From Nitrosopumilus sp. (GTDB taxonomy: Archaea; Thermoproteota; Nitrososphaeria; Nitrososphaerales; Nitrosopumilaceae), in assembly GCA_965224195.1 (NCBI GenBank), contig OZ245040.1:1376001-1440000 (forward strand): 64,000 bases of DNA, in the 5' to 3' direction. Positions within the stretch are counted from its first letter, which is position 1. The number at the start of each line of letters is the position of its first letter. The position numbers and the translations under genes were made by a program. The notes under the pieces are model-generated. The model saw only the letters and a list, made by a program, of their open reading frames with translations, did not search any database and was not told the DNA's origin. Positions 31,001 to 46,000 of this stretch are shown here, in pieces.

Positions 31001-34000
31001 TTTGATTGCCTGAAACATCAGATACTGTTGCTGCCATGATGTCCAGTTCTGGGGTAGCCAATGCAATGACTGACTGCCTTTGGGATTCGGTCATCTTGAT
31101 CTCTATGGAGGCGCTGTTGCCGACAGTTTCAATGCTGGCACCAGTCAGTACCGTGCCGGTACCATTAACACTTGCTAACTCACTGATGAATAATTTGGAT
31201 AGGTCAACTGGAGTAGACAATGCATACTCGTAGACACGATTATGTTGAGCACCTACAACAAACATCTTTGTTCCAGCAGGGTTGAATGTCACACCATTTG
31301 GAGAGTTGTCCTGTGTACCTACTGGGAAATGGCGTGTATAGGAGGAGGAAGATAAGTCAAATGGAGTAGATAATGTGTACTCGTAGACACGATCATGTTG
31401 AGCACCTACAACAAACATCTTTGTTCCAGCAGGGTTGAATGTTACACCATATGGAGAGTTGTCCTGTGTACGTACGTGTAAATCGCGTGTATAGGAGGAG
31501 GAAGATACGTCAAATGGAGTAGATAATGTGTACTCGTAGATCTTCTCATTGGCATAACCTGCAACAAACATCTTTGTTCCGTCTGGGTTAAATGCTACAT
31601 CATGTGGAGAGTTGTCCTGTGAACGTACTAAGAAAGAGCTGTTTGCATAGGAGGCAGTATCCAGGTTAAATGGAGAAGATAATGTGTACTCGTGGATCCT
31701 CTCATGGGTATAACCTGCAACAAACATCTTTGTTCCGTCTGGGTTAAATGCTACATCATATGGAGACGTGTCCTCTGAACCTACTGAGAAAGATCTATTT
31801 GCATAGGAGGAGGAGGATAAGTCAAATGGAGTAGTTAATCTATACTCGTAGATACTATCATTTTGATTACCTACAACAAACATCAGTGTTCCATTTGTGC
31901 TAAATGCCACGCCTTGTGGAGAGTTGTCCTGTGTACCTACTAAGAAAGAGTTGTCTGTATAGGCGGCAGTAGACAGATCAAAGCCCTCGTTTGCTATTAT
32001 CTCATCAAAAGTTATTGCCAGGACTCCGGTTTCCTCATCCAGTGCGGCTGACTCGAAGGTTGGCGGGGTATTGTCAGCAGCAAGTGGTGGCGGTGGTGAT
32101 ACTACCGCTACACTGTTAGTTACTGCAATTGCATTGTCATATAATGCGAGAATTTGATTGCCTGAAACATCAGATACTGCCGCTTCTAGGATGTCCAGTT
32201 CTGGAATAGTCAATGCAATTACTGACTGTAATTGAGGTGCAGTTATCTTGATCTCTATTGAAGTGCTGTTGCCGACAGTTTCAATGCTGGCACCGCTCAG
32301 TGCCGTGCCGGTACCATTAACACTTCCCGACTCACTGATGAGCAGTTTGGACAGGTCAACTGGAGTGGTTAATGCATACTCGTAGATTTTATCATGTTGA
32401 TCACCTGCAACAAACATCTTTGTTCCAGCAGGGTTGAATGCCACGCCTCTTGGAGAATTGTCATCTGTGCCTACTGGGAAATGGTGTGCATAGGAGACAT
32501 TGGATAAGTCAAATGGAGTAGTTAATGTGTACTCGTAGACACGATCACGTTGATCACCTACAACAAACATCTTTGTTCCAGATGGGTTAAATGCCACGCC
32601 TTCTGGTTCCGTGTCCTGTGAAGATACGTCAAAAGTGTCTGTATAGGAGGCAGTAGATACGTTAAAGGGAGTAGATAATGTGTACTCGTAGATATTCTCA
32701 CCAGTATAACCTGCAACAAACATCTTTGTTCCAGCAGGGTTGAATGCTACACCCCTTGGAGAGTTGTCCTCTGAACCTACTGAGAAAGATCTATTTGTAT
32801 AGGAGGAGGAGGATACGTCAAAGGGAGTAGTTAATGTATACTCGTAGATATCCTCATATTCACCACCTATAACAAACATCTTTGTTCCATCTGGGTTAAA
32901 TGCTACACCTTCTGGAGAGTTGTCCTGTAGACCTACTGGGAAAGATCTATTTGCATAGGAGGAGGAGGATAAGTCAAAGGGAGTAGTTAATGTATACTCG
33001 TAGATTTTTTCACTTTGATAACCTACAACAAACATCTTTGTTCCGTCTGGGTTAAATGCCACGCCGTTTGGAGTGTCGTCCTGTGAACCTACGTTAAAAG
33101 TGTCTGTATGAGAGGCAGTAGACAGATCAAAGCCCTCGTTTGCTATTATCTCATCAAAAGTTACTGCCAAAACTCCTGTCTCCTCATCCAGTGCGGCTGA
33201 CAATAATGTTGGCGGGGTATTATCAGCAGCAAGTGGTGGCGGTGTGCCTGCCCCACCATCTACTACTACTGCAGGTATATTAAAGGAGGCAGATACAGGA
33301 GATGATTCCACAAAAAAGCCTATTCCAAAGATCATTGTACGTACATGTACATCGTATGACTCACCCGATGTCAGGCCTGTTACCGTATATGAGGTGTCAG
33401 TTACAGTGCCGCCAAATTCATCCGCACCGTCAGAACTAATGACAGTCACTTGATAATTCACATCACCAATAGTATAATACTCATTGGCATCCACTGTAGG
33501 TGCAGTCCAAGTGATTTCAGCGACTGTGCCGTTTATGACATTGACTAAAAGGTTAGTTGGCGCATCAGGTAACGGAGCTAGCGGCATATCAAAGGATACA
33601 GCTGCGGTAGGTTGGGAGGATATAGTGGTTGAATCTGACAACAAGGCTTTTGCCTCTACTGTTACCTGATAAGATTTACCCGATATCAGGTTCGTCGTAT
33701 GCTCGGTAGTGCCAGCAGGTACGGTATATGGTACGGTGGTGCCAGCAGCAACATCAGTGACATTCACGAGATAGGATACGGAATTAATGTCATAGAATGA
33801 ATTGGCAGGTATTGCAGGTGCAGTCCAAGTGATGGTAGCGGCTGTGGCAAATACAGACACTGAAAGGCCAGTTGGAACAGCAAGTGACGGAGGTGTCGGC
33901 ATATCAAAGGATACAGCTGTGGTAGATGATTCCAAATCATCGCCTGAATCCAGCAAGACTATTGCCTCTACAGATGCATTATAGGACTTGCCCGGTATCA

Positions 34001-37000
34001 GGTTTGTTGCCGTATGCGTGGTAGTGCCAGCAGGTACGGTATACTGTAAGGTGCTATCAGTAACAGTATCAGTGACATACACGATATAGGATACGGAATT
34101 AATATCATAGAATGGATTGGCAGGTATTGCAGGTGCAGTCCAGGTGATTTCAGCGGCTGTGCCGTTTATGACATTGACTAAAAGGTTAGTTGGCGCATCA
34201 AGTGATGGCGGCTGTACACTGTTAGTTACTGCAATGGCCTTGTCATATGATGCGAGAATCTCATTACCTAAAACATCAGATACTGCAGCAGATAATATGT
34301 CCAATTCTGGGATAGTTAATGCAATGACTGCCAGTCTTTGGAATGCAGTCAGCTCAATCTCTATTGAAGTACTGTTGCCGACAGTTTCAATGCTGGCACC
34401 AGTCAGTGCCGTGCCGGTACCATTAACACTTCCCGACTCACTGATGAACAGTTTGGACAGGTCAACTGGAGTGGTTAATGCGTATTCGTAGATTTTATCA
34501 TGTTGATTACCTGCAACAAACATCTTTGTTCCAGCAGGATTAAATGTTACACCTGTTGGTTCCGTGTCCTGTAAAGATATTTCGAAATAGCGGTCTGTAT
34601 ATGCGGCAGTAGATAAGTCAAAGGCAGTAGATAATGCATACTCGTAGATTTTCTTATTGTTATAGCCTGCAACAAACATCTTTGTTCCAGCAGGGTTGAA
34701 TGTTACATCTTGTGGAGACGTGTCCTCTGAAGTTACTTCGAAATAGCGGTCTGTATAGGCGGCAGTAGATAAGTCAAAGGCAGTAGATAATGCATACTCG
34801 TAGATTTTATCATGTTGATCACCTGCAACAAACATCTTTGTTCCAGCAGGGTTGAATGTTACATCTTGTGGAGACGTGTCCTGTAAAGTTACTTCGAAAT
34901 AGCGGTCTGTATAGGCGGCAGTAGATAAGTCAAAGGCAGTAGATAATGCATACTCGTAGATTTCCTCATTATCATGACCTGCAACAAACATCTTTGTTCC
35001 AGCAGGGTTGAATGTTACACCTGTTGGTTCCGTGTCCTCTGAAGTTACTTCGAAATAGCGGTCTGTATAGGCGGCAGTGGATACGTCAAAGGGAGAAGAT
35101 AATACATACTCGTAGATTTTCTCACTATCAAAACCTACAACAAACATCTTTGTTCCATTTGTGTTAAATGCCATACCTGTTGGAGACGAGTCCTGTAAAG
35201 ATACGTCTACAGAGCGGTCTGTATAGTCAGCAGTAGACAAGTCAAAGCCCTCGTTTGCAATTATCTCATCAAAAGTTACTGCCAAGACTCCGGTTTCCTC
35301 ATCTAGTGCGGCTGATTCGAAGGTTGGCGGGGTATTGTCAGCAGATGGTTGTGATGATGGCACTGGTGACACAGCAGGCACAGCAAAGGATACAGCTGCA
35401 GTATGTGGGGAGTTCAGAACGGTTGAATCTGACAACAAGGCTTTTGCCTCTACTGTTACCTCATAAGATTTGCCCGGTATCAGGTTTGTTGCCGTATGCG
35501 TGGTGATGGTGCCGTCAGATATGGTATACGGTACGGTGGTGCCAGCAGCAGTATCAGTGACATTCACGAGATAGGATACGGAATTAATGTCATAGAATGG
35601 ATTGGCAGTTACAGCAGGTGCAGTCCAGGTGATTTCAGCGGCTGTGCCGTTTATGACATTGACTAAAAGGTTAGTTGGCGCATCAAGTGATGGCGGCTGT
35701 ACACTGTTAGTTACTGCAATGGCATTGTTTAGTGCTGCAACTATTTGATTGCCTGAAACATCAAATACTGCCGCTTCTAGGATGTCCAGTTCTGGGACAG
35801 TCAATGCAATGACTGCCAGTCTTTGGGATTCGGTCAGCTTGATCTCTATGGAGGTGCTGTTGCCGACAGTTTCAATGCTGGCACCAGTCAGTACCGTGCC
35901 GGTACCATTAACACTTGCTAACTCACTGATGAATAATTTGGATAGGTCAACTGGAGTAGACAATGCATACTCGTAGACACGATCACGTTGAACACCTACA
36001 ACAAACATCTTTGTTCCAGCAGGGTTAAATGCCACGCCTTCTGGAGAGTCGTCCTCTGAAGATACTGAGAAAAGGCGTACAAAGGAGGCAGTGGATAAGT
36101 TAAAGGGAGTAGTTAATGCGTACTCAATGACATTATCCATCTCAGAACCTACAACAAACATCTTTGTTCCAGCAGAGTTAAATGTTACATCTGTTGGATG
36201 CGTGTCCTGTAAAGATACGTCTACAGAGCGGTCTGTATAGGAGGCAGTAGACAAGTCAAAGGCAGTAGTTAATGCGTACTCGTAGATTTTATCAGTGTCA
36301 CTACCTGCAACAAACATCAGTGTTCCATTTGTGCTAAATGCTACACCCCTTGGATACGTGTCCTCGTCAGATACTGAGAAATTGCGTTTATAGTCGGAGG
36401 AGGATACGTCAAAGGGAGTAGATAATTCGTATTCGTAGATCTTTTCATTTTGAAGACCTGCAACAAACATCTTTGTTCCGTCTGGGTTAAATGCCACACC
36501 TTCTGGAGAGTCGTCCTGTGTACCTACTAAGAAATCGCGTACAAAGGTGGGATTGGATACGTCAAAGGGAGTAGATAATTCGTATTCGTAGATTTTCTCA
36601 TTTTGATAACCTACAACAAACATCTTTGTTCCATTTGTGTTAAATGCCATACCTGTTGGAGTCGTGTCCTTGTTAGATACTGAGAAAGAGTTGTCTGTAT
36701 AGACGGCAGTAGACAAGTCAAAGCCCTCGTTTGCAATTATCTCATCAAAAGTTACTGCCAAGACTCCGGTTTCCTCATCCAGTGTGGCTGAATCAAATGT
36801 TGGCGAGGTATTGTCAGCAGCAAGTGGTGGCGGTGTGCCTGCCCCACCATCTACTACTACTGCTGCTGCAGGCATATTAAAGGGGGCAGATACCACAGCT
36901 GATTGCACAGTATAGCTTGATCCAACGGCGGCATCTGCAGATACAAATACGTTGTATGACTCACCCGGTGTCAGGCCTGTTGCCGTATATGAGGTGTCAG

Positions 37001-40000
37001 TTATAGAACCACTTGATGCAATACCAGAATCGCCAGCATCAAAGACATTCACTTGATAAGTCACATCATTAATGGTATAGAAGTCATTGGCATTCACTGT
37101 AGGTGCAGTCCAAGTGATTTCAGCGGCTGTGCCGTTTATGACATTGACTAAAAGGTTGGTTGGCGCATCAAGTGATGGTGGTTCAGACACAGCAAAGGAT
37201 ACAGCTGCGGTAGGTTGGGAGGACAAAACTGTTGAATCTGACAACAAGGCTTTTGCCTCTACTGTTACCTCATAAGATTTGCCAGGTGTCAAGCCTGTTG
37301 CCGCATACGTGGTGATGGTGCCGTCAGATATGGTATACGGTACGGTGGTGCCAGCAGCAACATCAGTGACATTCACGAGATAGGATACGGAATTAATGTC
37401 ATAGAATGAATTGGCAGATATTGCAGGTGCAGTCCAAGTGATGGTAGCTGTGGTGCCAGATACATCCACTGAAAGGTTAGTTGGAGCAGCAAGTGGTGGT
37501 GGTGCTACACTGTTAATTACTGTAATGGCATTGTCTGCTGATGCGAGAATTTGATTGCCTGAAACATCAGATACTGCTGCTGCCAAGATGTCCAGTTCTG
37601 GAGTAGCCAATGCAATTACTGACTGTAATTGAGGTGCAGTCATCTTGATCTCTATTGAAGTGCTGTTGTCGACAGTTTCAATGCTGGCACCAGTCAGTGA
37701 AATATCATTAGTACTTGCTGACTCACTGATGAACAATTTTGATAGGTCAACTGGAGTAGTTAATGTGTACTCGTAGATTTTATCATGTTGATCACCTACA
37801 ACAAACATCTTTGTTCCAGTAGGGTTGAATGTTACATCTTTTGGAAAGTCGTCCTGTGTACCTACTGAGAAATGGCGTGTATAGGAGACATTGGACAAGT
37901 CAAAGGGAGTAGTTAATGTGTACTCGTCGACACGATTATGTTGATCACCTGCAACAAACATCTTTGTTCCAGCAGGGTTGAATGCCACACCATATGAAGA
38001 TGTGTCCTGTGTACCTACTGAGAAAAGGCCTGTATGGGAGACATTGGATAGGTTAAATGGAGTAGTTAATGTGTACTCGTAGATTTTTTCAGTATCAAAA
38101 CCTGTAACAAACATCTTTGTTCCAGCAGGGTTGAATGCCACGCCTGTTGGAGAATCGTCCTGTGAACCTACTGAGAAAGATCTATTTGTATAGGAGGAGG
38201 AGGATAAGTCAAATGGAGTAGTTAATTCGTATTCGTAGATCTTTTCATTTTGAAGACCTGCAACAAACATCTTTGTTCCATCTGGGTTAAATGCTACACC
38301 TGTTGGCAATCCGTCCTGTGAAGATACGTCGAAAGATCTATTTGTATAGGAGGAGGAGGATACGTCAAATGGAGTAGTTAATCTATACTCGTAGATACTA
38401 TCATGTTGATTACCTACAACAAACATCAGTGTTCCATTTGTACTAAATGCCACGCCTTGTGGAGAGTTGTCCTGTGAAGATACTAAGAAAGATCTGCCTG
38501 TATAGTCAGCAGTAGACAAGTCAAAGCCCTCGTTTGCTATTGTCTCATCAAAAGTTACTGCCAAGACTCCGGTTTCCTCATCCAGTGTTGCTGAATCAAA
38601 TGTTGGCGGGGTATTATCAGCAGCAAGGGGTAGCGGTGTGCCTGCACCACCATCTACTGCTACTGCAAGCATATTAAAGGAAGCAGATACAGGAGATGAT
38701 TCCACAAAATAGCCTGGTCCAAAGATCGTTACATATACATGTACATTGTATGACTCACCCGGTGTCAGGCCTGTTGCCGTATATGAGGTGTCATCTGCAG
38801 TGTCGCCGAGTTCAGAACCGTCAGAACTAATGACAGTCACTTGATAAACCATATCATCAGCGGTATAGAAGTCATTGGCATCCACTGTAGGTGCAGTCCA
38901 GGTAATTTCAGCGGCTGTGCCGTTTATGACATTGACTAAAAGGTTAGTTGGCGCAGCAAGTGATGGAGGTAGCGGCATATCAAAGGATACAGCTGCGGTA
39001 GGTTGGGAGAATATAGCGGTTAAATCTGACAACAAGGCTTTTGCTTCTACTGTTACCTCATAAGATTTGCCCACTATCAGGTACGTCGTATGCTCGGTAG
39101 TGCCAGCAGGTACGGTATGCTGTACGGTGGTGCCAGCAGCAACATCAGTGACATTCACGAGATAGGATACGGAATTAATGTCATAGAATGAATTGGCAGG
39201 TATTGCAGGTGCAGTCCAAGTGATGGTAGCGGCTGTGGCAAATACAGACACTGAAAGGCCAGTTGGAACAGCAAGTGACGGAGGTGTCGGCATATCAAAG
39301 GATACAGCTGTGGTAGATGATTCCAAATCATCGCCTGAATCCAGCAAGACTATTGCCTCTACAGATGCATTATAGGACTTGCCCGGTATCAGGTTTGTTG
39401 CCGTATGCGTGGTAGTGCCAGCAGGTACGGTATACTGTAAGGTGCTATCAGTAACAGTATCAGTGACATACACGATATAGGATACGGAATTAATATCATA
39501 GAATGGATTGGCAGGTATTGCAGGTGCAGTCCAAGTGATTTCAGCGGCTGTGCCGTTTATGACATTGACTAAAAGGTTAGTTGGCGCAGCAAGTGATGGC
39601 GGCTGTACACTGTTAGTTACTGCAATGGCATTGTCTAGTGCCGCAGCTATTTGATTGCCTGAAACATCAAATACTGCCGCTTCTAGGATGTCCAGTTCTG
39701 GAGTAGTCAATGCAATGACTGACTGTAATTGAGGTGCAGTAAGCTTGATCTCTATGGAGGTGCTGTTGCCGACAGTTTCAATGCTGGCACCGCTCAGTGC
39801 CGTGCCGGTACCATTAACACTTCCCGACTCACTGATGAGCAGTTTGGATAGGTCAACTGGAGTGGTTAATGCATACTCGTAGATATTAGCACTTTTATAA
39901 CCTACGACAAACATCTTTGTTCCAGCAGGATTAAATGCTACATCTGCCGGAGTTGTATCCTGTGAAGCTACTGAGAGAGTGCCTGTATGGGAGACATTGG

Positions 40001-43000
40001 ATATGTCAAATGGAGTAGTTAATGTGTACTCGTCGACCTTATCACTTTTATAACCTACAACAAACATCTTTGTTCCAGCCGGGTTAAATGCCACACCTGA
40101 CGGAGTACCCTCCCGTGCAGCTACTGAGAAAGTGCCTGTATGGGAGGCAGTAGATACGTTAAAGGCAGTAGATAATGTGTACTCGTAGACATTACCATTA
40201 CCAATACCTACAACAAACATCTTTGTTCCAGCCGGGTTGAATGCCACACCTTCTGGAGACGAGTCCTGTAAAGATACTGAGACATTGCGTGTATAGGAGG
40301 CAGTAGATACGTTAAAGGCAGTAGATAATGTGTACTCGTAGACATTACCATTACCAGTACCTACAACAAACATCTTTGTTCCAGCCGGGTTGAATGTCAC
40401 GCCTTCTGGAATGTCTTCCTCTGAAGATACTGAGAAATCGCGTTTATAGTTGGAGGAGGATACGTCAAATGGAGTAGTTAATTCGTACTCGTAGATCTTT
40501 GCATTTTCATAACCTACAACAAACATCTTTGTTCCAGATGGGTTAAATGCCATACCTGTTGGAGTCGTGTCCTTGTTAGATACTGAGAAAGAGTTGTCTG
40601 TATAGACGGCAGTAGACAAGTCAAAGCCCTCGTTTGCTATTATCTCATCAAAAGTTATTGCCAAAACTCCTGTCTCCTCATCCAGTGCGGCTGACTCGAA
40701 GGTTGGCGGGGTATTGTCAGCAGCAAGTGGTAGCGGTGTGCCTGCACCGCCATCTACTACTGCTGCTGCAGGCATATTAAAGGGGGCAGATACCCCAGCT
40801 GATTGCACAGTATAGCCTGATCCAACGGCAGCACCTGCAACTACAAATACGTTGTATGACTCACCCGGTGTCAGGTTTGTTGCCGTATATGAGGTGTCAG
40901 TTATAGAACCACTTGATGCAGCACCAGAATCGCCAGCATCAAAGACATTCACTTGATAAGTCACATCATTAATGGTATAGAAGTCATTGGCATCCACTGT
41001 AGGTGCAGTCCAAGTGATTTCAGCGGCTGTGCCGTTTATGACATTGACTAAAAGGTTAGTTGGCGCATCAAGTGATGGTGGTTCAGACACAGCAAAGGAT
41101 ACAACTGCGGTAGGTTGGGAGGACAGAACGGTTGAATCTGACAACGAGGCTTTTGCCTCTACGGTTACCTCATAAGATTTGCCCGGTATCAGGTTTGTTG
41201 CCGTATGTGTGGTGATGGTGCCGTCAGATATGGTATACGGTACGGTGGTGCCAGCAGCAGTATCAGTGACATTCACGAGATAGGATACGGAATTAATGTC
41301 ATAGAATGAATTGGCAGATATTGCAGGTGCAGTCCAAGTGATGGTAGCTGTGGTGCCAGATACTGCCACTGAAAGGTTAGTTGGCGCATCAAGTGACGGA
41401 GGTGTCGGCATATCAAAGGATACAGCTGTGGTAGATGATTCCAAATCATCGCCTGAATCCAGCAAGACTATTGCCTTTACAGATGCATTATAGGACTTGC
41501 CCGGTATCAGGTTTGTTGCCGTATGCGTGGTAGTGCCAGCAGGTACGGTATACTGTAAGGTGCTATCAGTAACAGTATCAGTGACATTCACGAGATAGGA
41601 TACGTCACTAATGTTATAGAATGAATTGGCAGGTATTGCAGGTGCAGTCCAAGTGATTTCAGCGGCTGTGCCGTTTATGACATTGACTAAAAGGTTAGTT
41701 GGCGCAGCAAGTGATGGCGGCTGTACACTGTTAGTTACTGCAATGGCATTGTCATATGATGCGAGAATCTCATTACCTAAAACATCAGATACTGCTGCTG
41801 CCAAGATGTCCAGTTCTGGAGTAGTCAATGCAAGGGCTGACTGTAATTGAAGTGCAGTAAGCTTGATCTCTATGGAGGTGCTGTTGCCGACAGTTTCAAT
41901 GCTGGCACCAGTCAGTGCCGTGCCGGTACCATTAACACTTCCCGACTCACTGATGAGCAGTTTGGACAGGTCAACTGGAGTGGCTAATGTATACTCGTAG
42001 ACATTATTACTGTCAGCACCTACAACAAACATCTTTGTTCCAGCAGGGTTGAATGCCACGCCTGTTGGAAAATTGTCATCTGTACCTACTGAGAAATGGT
42101 GTGCATAGGAGACATTGGATAAGTCAAAGGGAGTAGTTAATGTGTACTCGTAGACACGATCACGTTGATCACCTACAACAAACATCTTTGTTCCGTCTGG
42201 GTTAAATGCCACGCCTTCTGGTTCCGTGTCCTGTGAAGATACGTCAAAAGTGTCTGTATAGGAGGCAGTAGATACGTTAAAGGCAGTAGATAATGTGTAC
42301 TCGATGATCGTCTCACTGGCATAACCTGCAACAAACATCTTTGTTCCAGCAGGGTTGAATGCTACATCCCTTGGAGTGTTGTCCTCTGAACCTACTGGGA
42401 AAGATCTATTTGTATAGGAGGAGGAGGATACGTCAAAGGGAGTAGTTAATTCGTACTCGTGGATCTCCTCATATTCACCACCTATAACAAACATCTTTGT
42501 TCCATCTGGGTTAAATGCTACACCCTTTGGAGAGTTGTCCTGTGAACCTACTGGGAAAGATCTATTTGCATAGGAGGAGGAGGATAAGTCAAAGGGAGTA
42601 GTTAATGCATATTCGTAGATTTTTTCAGTATCATAACCTACAACAAACATCTTTGTTCCGTCTGGGTTAAATGCCACGCCTTCTGGAGTGCCGTCCTGTG
42701 AACGTACTGAGAATTTGCGTTTATAGTCAGCAGTAGACAAGTCAAAGTCCTCGTTTGCTATTGTCTCATCAAAAGTTACTGCCAAAACTCCTGTCTTCTC
42801 ATCTAGTGCGGCTGACTCAAATTTTGGCGGGGTGCTGTCAGGTGTAACTGCAGTAGGACTGCCCGGTGATGGCGGCTGTACAGCATTGGTGGTAGTCACG
42901 GCATTGTCTGTTGCTGCATCAATGGCATTTCCTGATATGTCCCGTACGGCGCCTACCCCAATGTCAAGCTGCGGTGTAAGAGAGTTTGCAAGTACTGTGC

Positions 43001-46000
43001 TTATCTGTGGCAAAGTCAGCTGAATCAGGATGTCAGTGCTGTTGCCTGCTGTTTGAACTGCCGCACCGTCAAGCGATGTCTGGTCTGTCTGTCCAGGTGC
43101 GCTGAGGAACAGCTTTGTCAGGTCAATGCCTCCAGATTGTCTGTTGTCTATTCTCTCATCAAATATAATTGTCAGCATGCCAGTACCTGCATCAAATGCG
43201 GCTGACTCAAAAACAGGCTTTACAGTATCAGCAGTGACATTCACAGTATTGTCATCTGATGCGTCAATGGCATTTCCAAACAGGTCAGTTACTGCAGAGT
43301 CTGCAATGTCAAGCTGCGGTTCAGTAGAGTTGCCAATTACGTTGGTCCTCTGCCTCTCAGTTAGGGTAATTGCAATCTCAGCGCTGTGGCCAGTTGTGTC
43401 AATGCTTGCACCGGCAAGCGGTGTCTGGTTTACTGTGTTAGGTGCGCTAAGGAACAGCTTTGCCAGATTAATGTCTCCAGATAGACTGTTGTATATTGGT
43501 TCATCAAATTCGATTGTCAGTTTGCCAGTACCTGCATTAAATGCTACAAAATACAAATTAGGCCCTAGGTCATCTATAATGACAATGTTACTGTTCATGC
43601 CCAAAGAGCCAAAGGTCTTCGGAGGATTTACGCTCAGTACAATTCCTTTTGGAGGCAGCGTCTGGTCGGCATTGGCGTGCGGGAATGCGGCATCGCGGAT
43701 GATGTTGTCATTTAGCAGCAAGGCATTCGTACCAATATATTCAAGTTTAGACGAGCTGTCACCAGGCTGGATGGAATAAGTAAAATGCAGCGTGTCAGTG
43801 TTGTTGCCTGAGGCATAATCAGCTACAGCTACGCCAGAACCAAATGAAACGCTGTCTACATTCAGATAGATATACGGTGTGCCAGTAACAATTACAGGCG
43901 CAGAAAAGTGCACAGAGATGTCAATTTCGTCTAAGGTGCCATATGTGCCGTCAGCATTGTTAGAGGTGACGGCATTTACGACTATCTCCTTTTGCATATA
44001 CATTACATATATGGCCCCCTTGTTTGCTCCATCAGTGTCATCAAGGTCCGCACCTGCCACAATATCTGGTATGCCATCATCATCCAAGTCGCCAATCAGT
44101 GCGACTGAGGAGCCGAACTGGTCGCCATCAGATACCTCGGCATCATCAGGGCCGCCGCCGGGGGAGGCAGAGCTGTCAATCACTTTAGTCGCCTTTACTG
44201 AGCCGTCAGTGTTCATGAGCAGGACGTATACGGCGCCAGTATCAGCTTTTCCTCCGGCAGCTCCCTGTACGCCCACTGCGATATCTGGGGCACCATCACC
44301 ATTGATGTCGCCAATGCCTGCAACTGAGGAGCCAAACTGGTCATAGTCAAGTATTGTGGGGACGTTTGCAACAGTGTCGTCAATCCTTTTGGTGCTACTT
44401 ACCGTACCATCAGAGTTCATGAACAAGATAAATACGGCGCCACCGTCACTGGCTGTATCACTATCCCTGTCTGCGCCCACTGCAATGTCTGCGATGCCGT
44501 CGTTATTCAGGTCTCCAATGTTTGCCACTGATGAGCCAAAAAAGGAATAATCGGCGAGGACGGGGCCGGAGTTAGTAGAACCGTCAATCTTTATGGTGCT
44601 CTTTATCGAGCCGTCAGCATTCATGAGCATGACAAATATGGCGCCGTCGTCTACGTAATTTGTGTCAGTCTGTGGCGCGCCTGCCACGATATCTGGGATG
44701 CCATCACCGTCAAGGTCGCCAATGCCTGCAACTGATGCGCCAAAGTTGTCATCATCTGAGAGGACGGGGCCGTTTGCAGTGGAATTTTTGATTGGACTGT
44801 AGCTTTTTGCGGTACCGTCAGGGTTCATGAACAGGACGTATACGGCGCCAGTATTAGTCGTACGGTTATTGTTATCATCCTGATATGCGCCCACTGCAAT
44901 GTCTGTGGTGCCATCACCATCAAGGTCTCCAATGGATGCCACTGAATAGCCAAAGCCGTCATGGTCAGAGAGGTAGTAACTATTGATGCCAGATTCGGGG
45001 TTGCTGATCTGGGCTGTTCTCTTTATAGTGCCATCACGATTCATAAATAAAATGTGGATGGCGCCCTTGTCAGTTCCTCCATGATCATCCTTGTATGCGC
45101 CTGCTACAATATCTGGGATGCCATCACCATCAAGGTCGCCTATTCCTGCAACTGATGCGCCAAACAGGTCGCCATCAGAGAGGATGGGGCCGTCAGCAGT
45201 AGTGTCATCAATCTTTACAGTCTCCCTTGCACTGCCTGTCCCATGCGGGGCAATGGCATCAAGATAGATGATGTGTATGGCCCCTGTGTTAGATCCCCCA
45301 TCATTTGTGCCCTCATAAGGTGCGCCTACTGCAATATCTGGCATGCCATCACCATTAAGGTCGCCAATGTTTGCCACTGATGTGCCGAAATTCGAATCAC
45401 TGCCAAAGACAAGGCTGTCTGTGGTAGAATCGTCAATCTTTGCAGTACCATTTACTGTACCATCAGAGTTCAAAAGTATAATGTAGATGGCGCCGCTGTC
45501 ATTGCCTGATGCGCCAACTGCAATATCTGTGGTGCCGTCAGAGTTGATGTCTCCAATGGATGCCACTGATGCGCCAAAAAAGAAATAATCTGCAAGTGAG
45601 GGGGGGCCGTTTGTGGTGGAATCGTCAATCTTTGCGGTGCTCTTTACGGTGCCGTCAGTATTCATGAATAAGACGTATACGGTACCCTTGTTGTCATTGC
45701 CTGGTGCACCCACTGCAATGTCTGCGATGCCGTCGTTATTCAAGTCTCCAATGTTTGCCACTGATAAGCCAAAATAATTAACTAGATGGGAGGCGACAGT
45801 TGTACCAAAGTCGTCAATCTTTTGGGTGCTCTTTACTGTACCATCAGGGTTCATAAATAAAATGTGGATGGCGCCCTTGCCAGATCCTCCGCCGGAATCA
45901 TTATTTGATGCGCCCACTGCAATATCTGTGGTGCCGTCATTATTCAGGTCACCAATGCCTGCAACTGATGCGCCAAACATGTCATGGTTAGCAAGTACAA

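Noticed and set aside
26395-42760. Regularly spaced conserved ACAAACATCTTTGTTCC motif as a CRISPR array or DGR template/variable repeats
   Set aside because: It is the GTKMFV coding core of propeller blades inside one ORF; there is no reverse transcriptase in the window and differences are not confined to adenines
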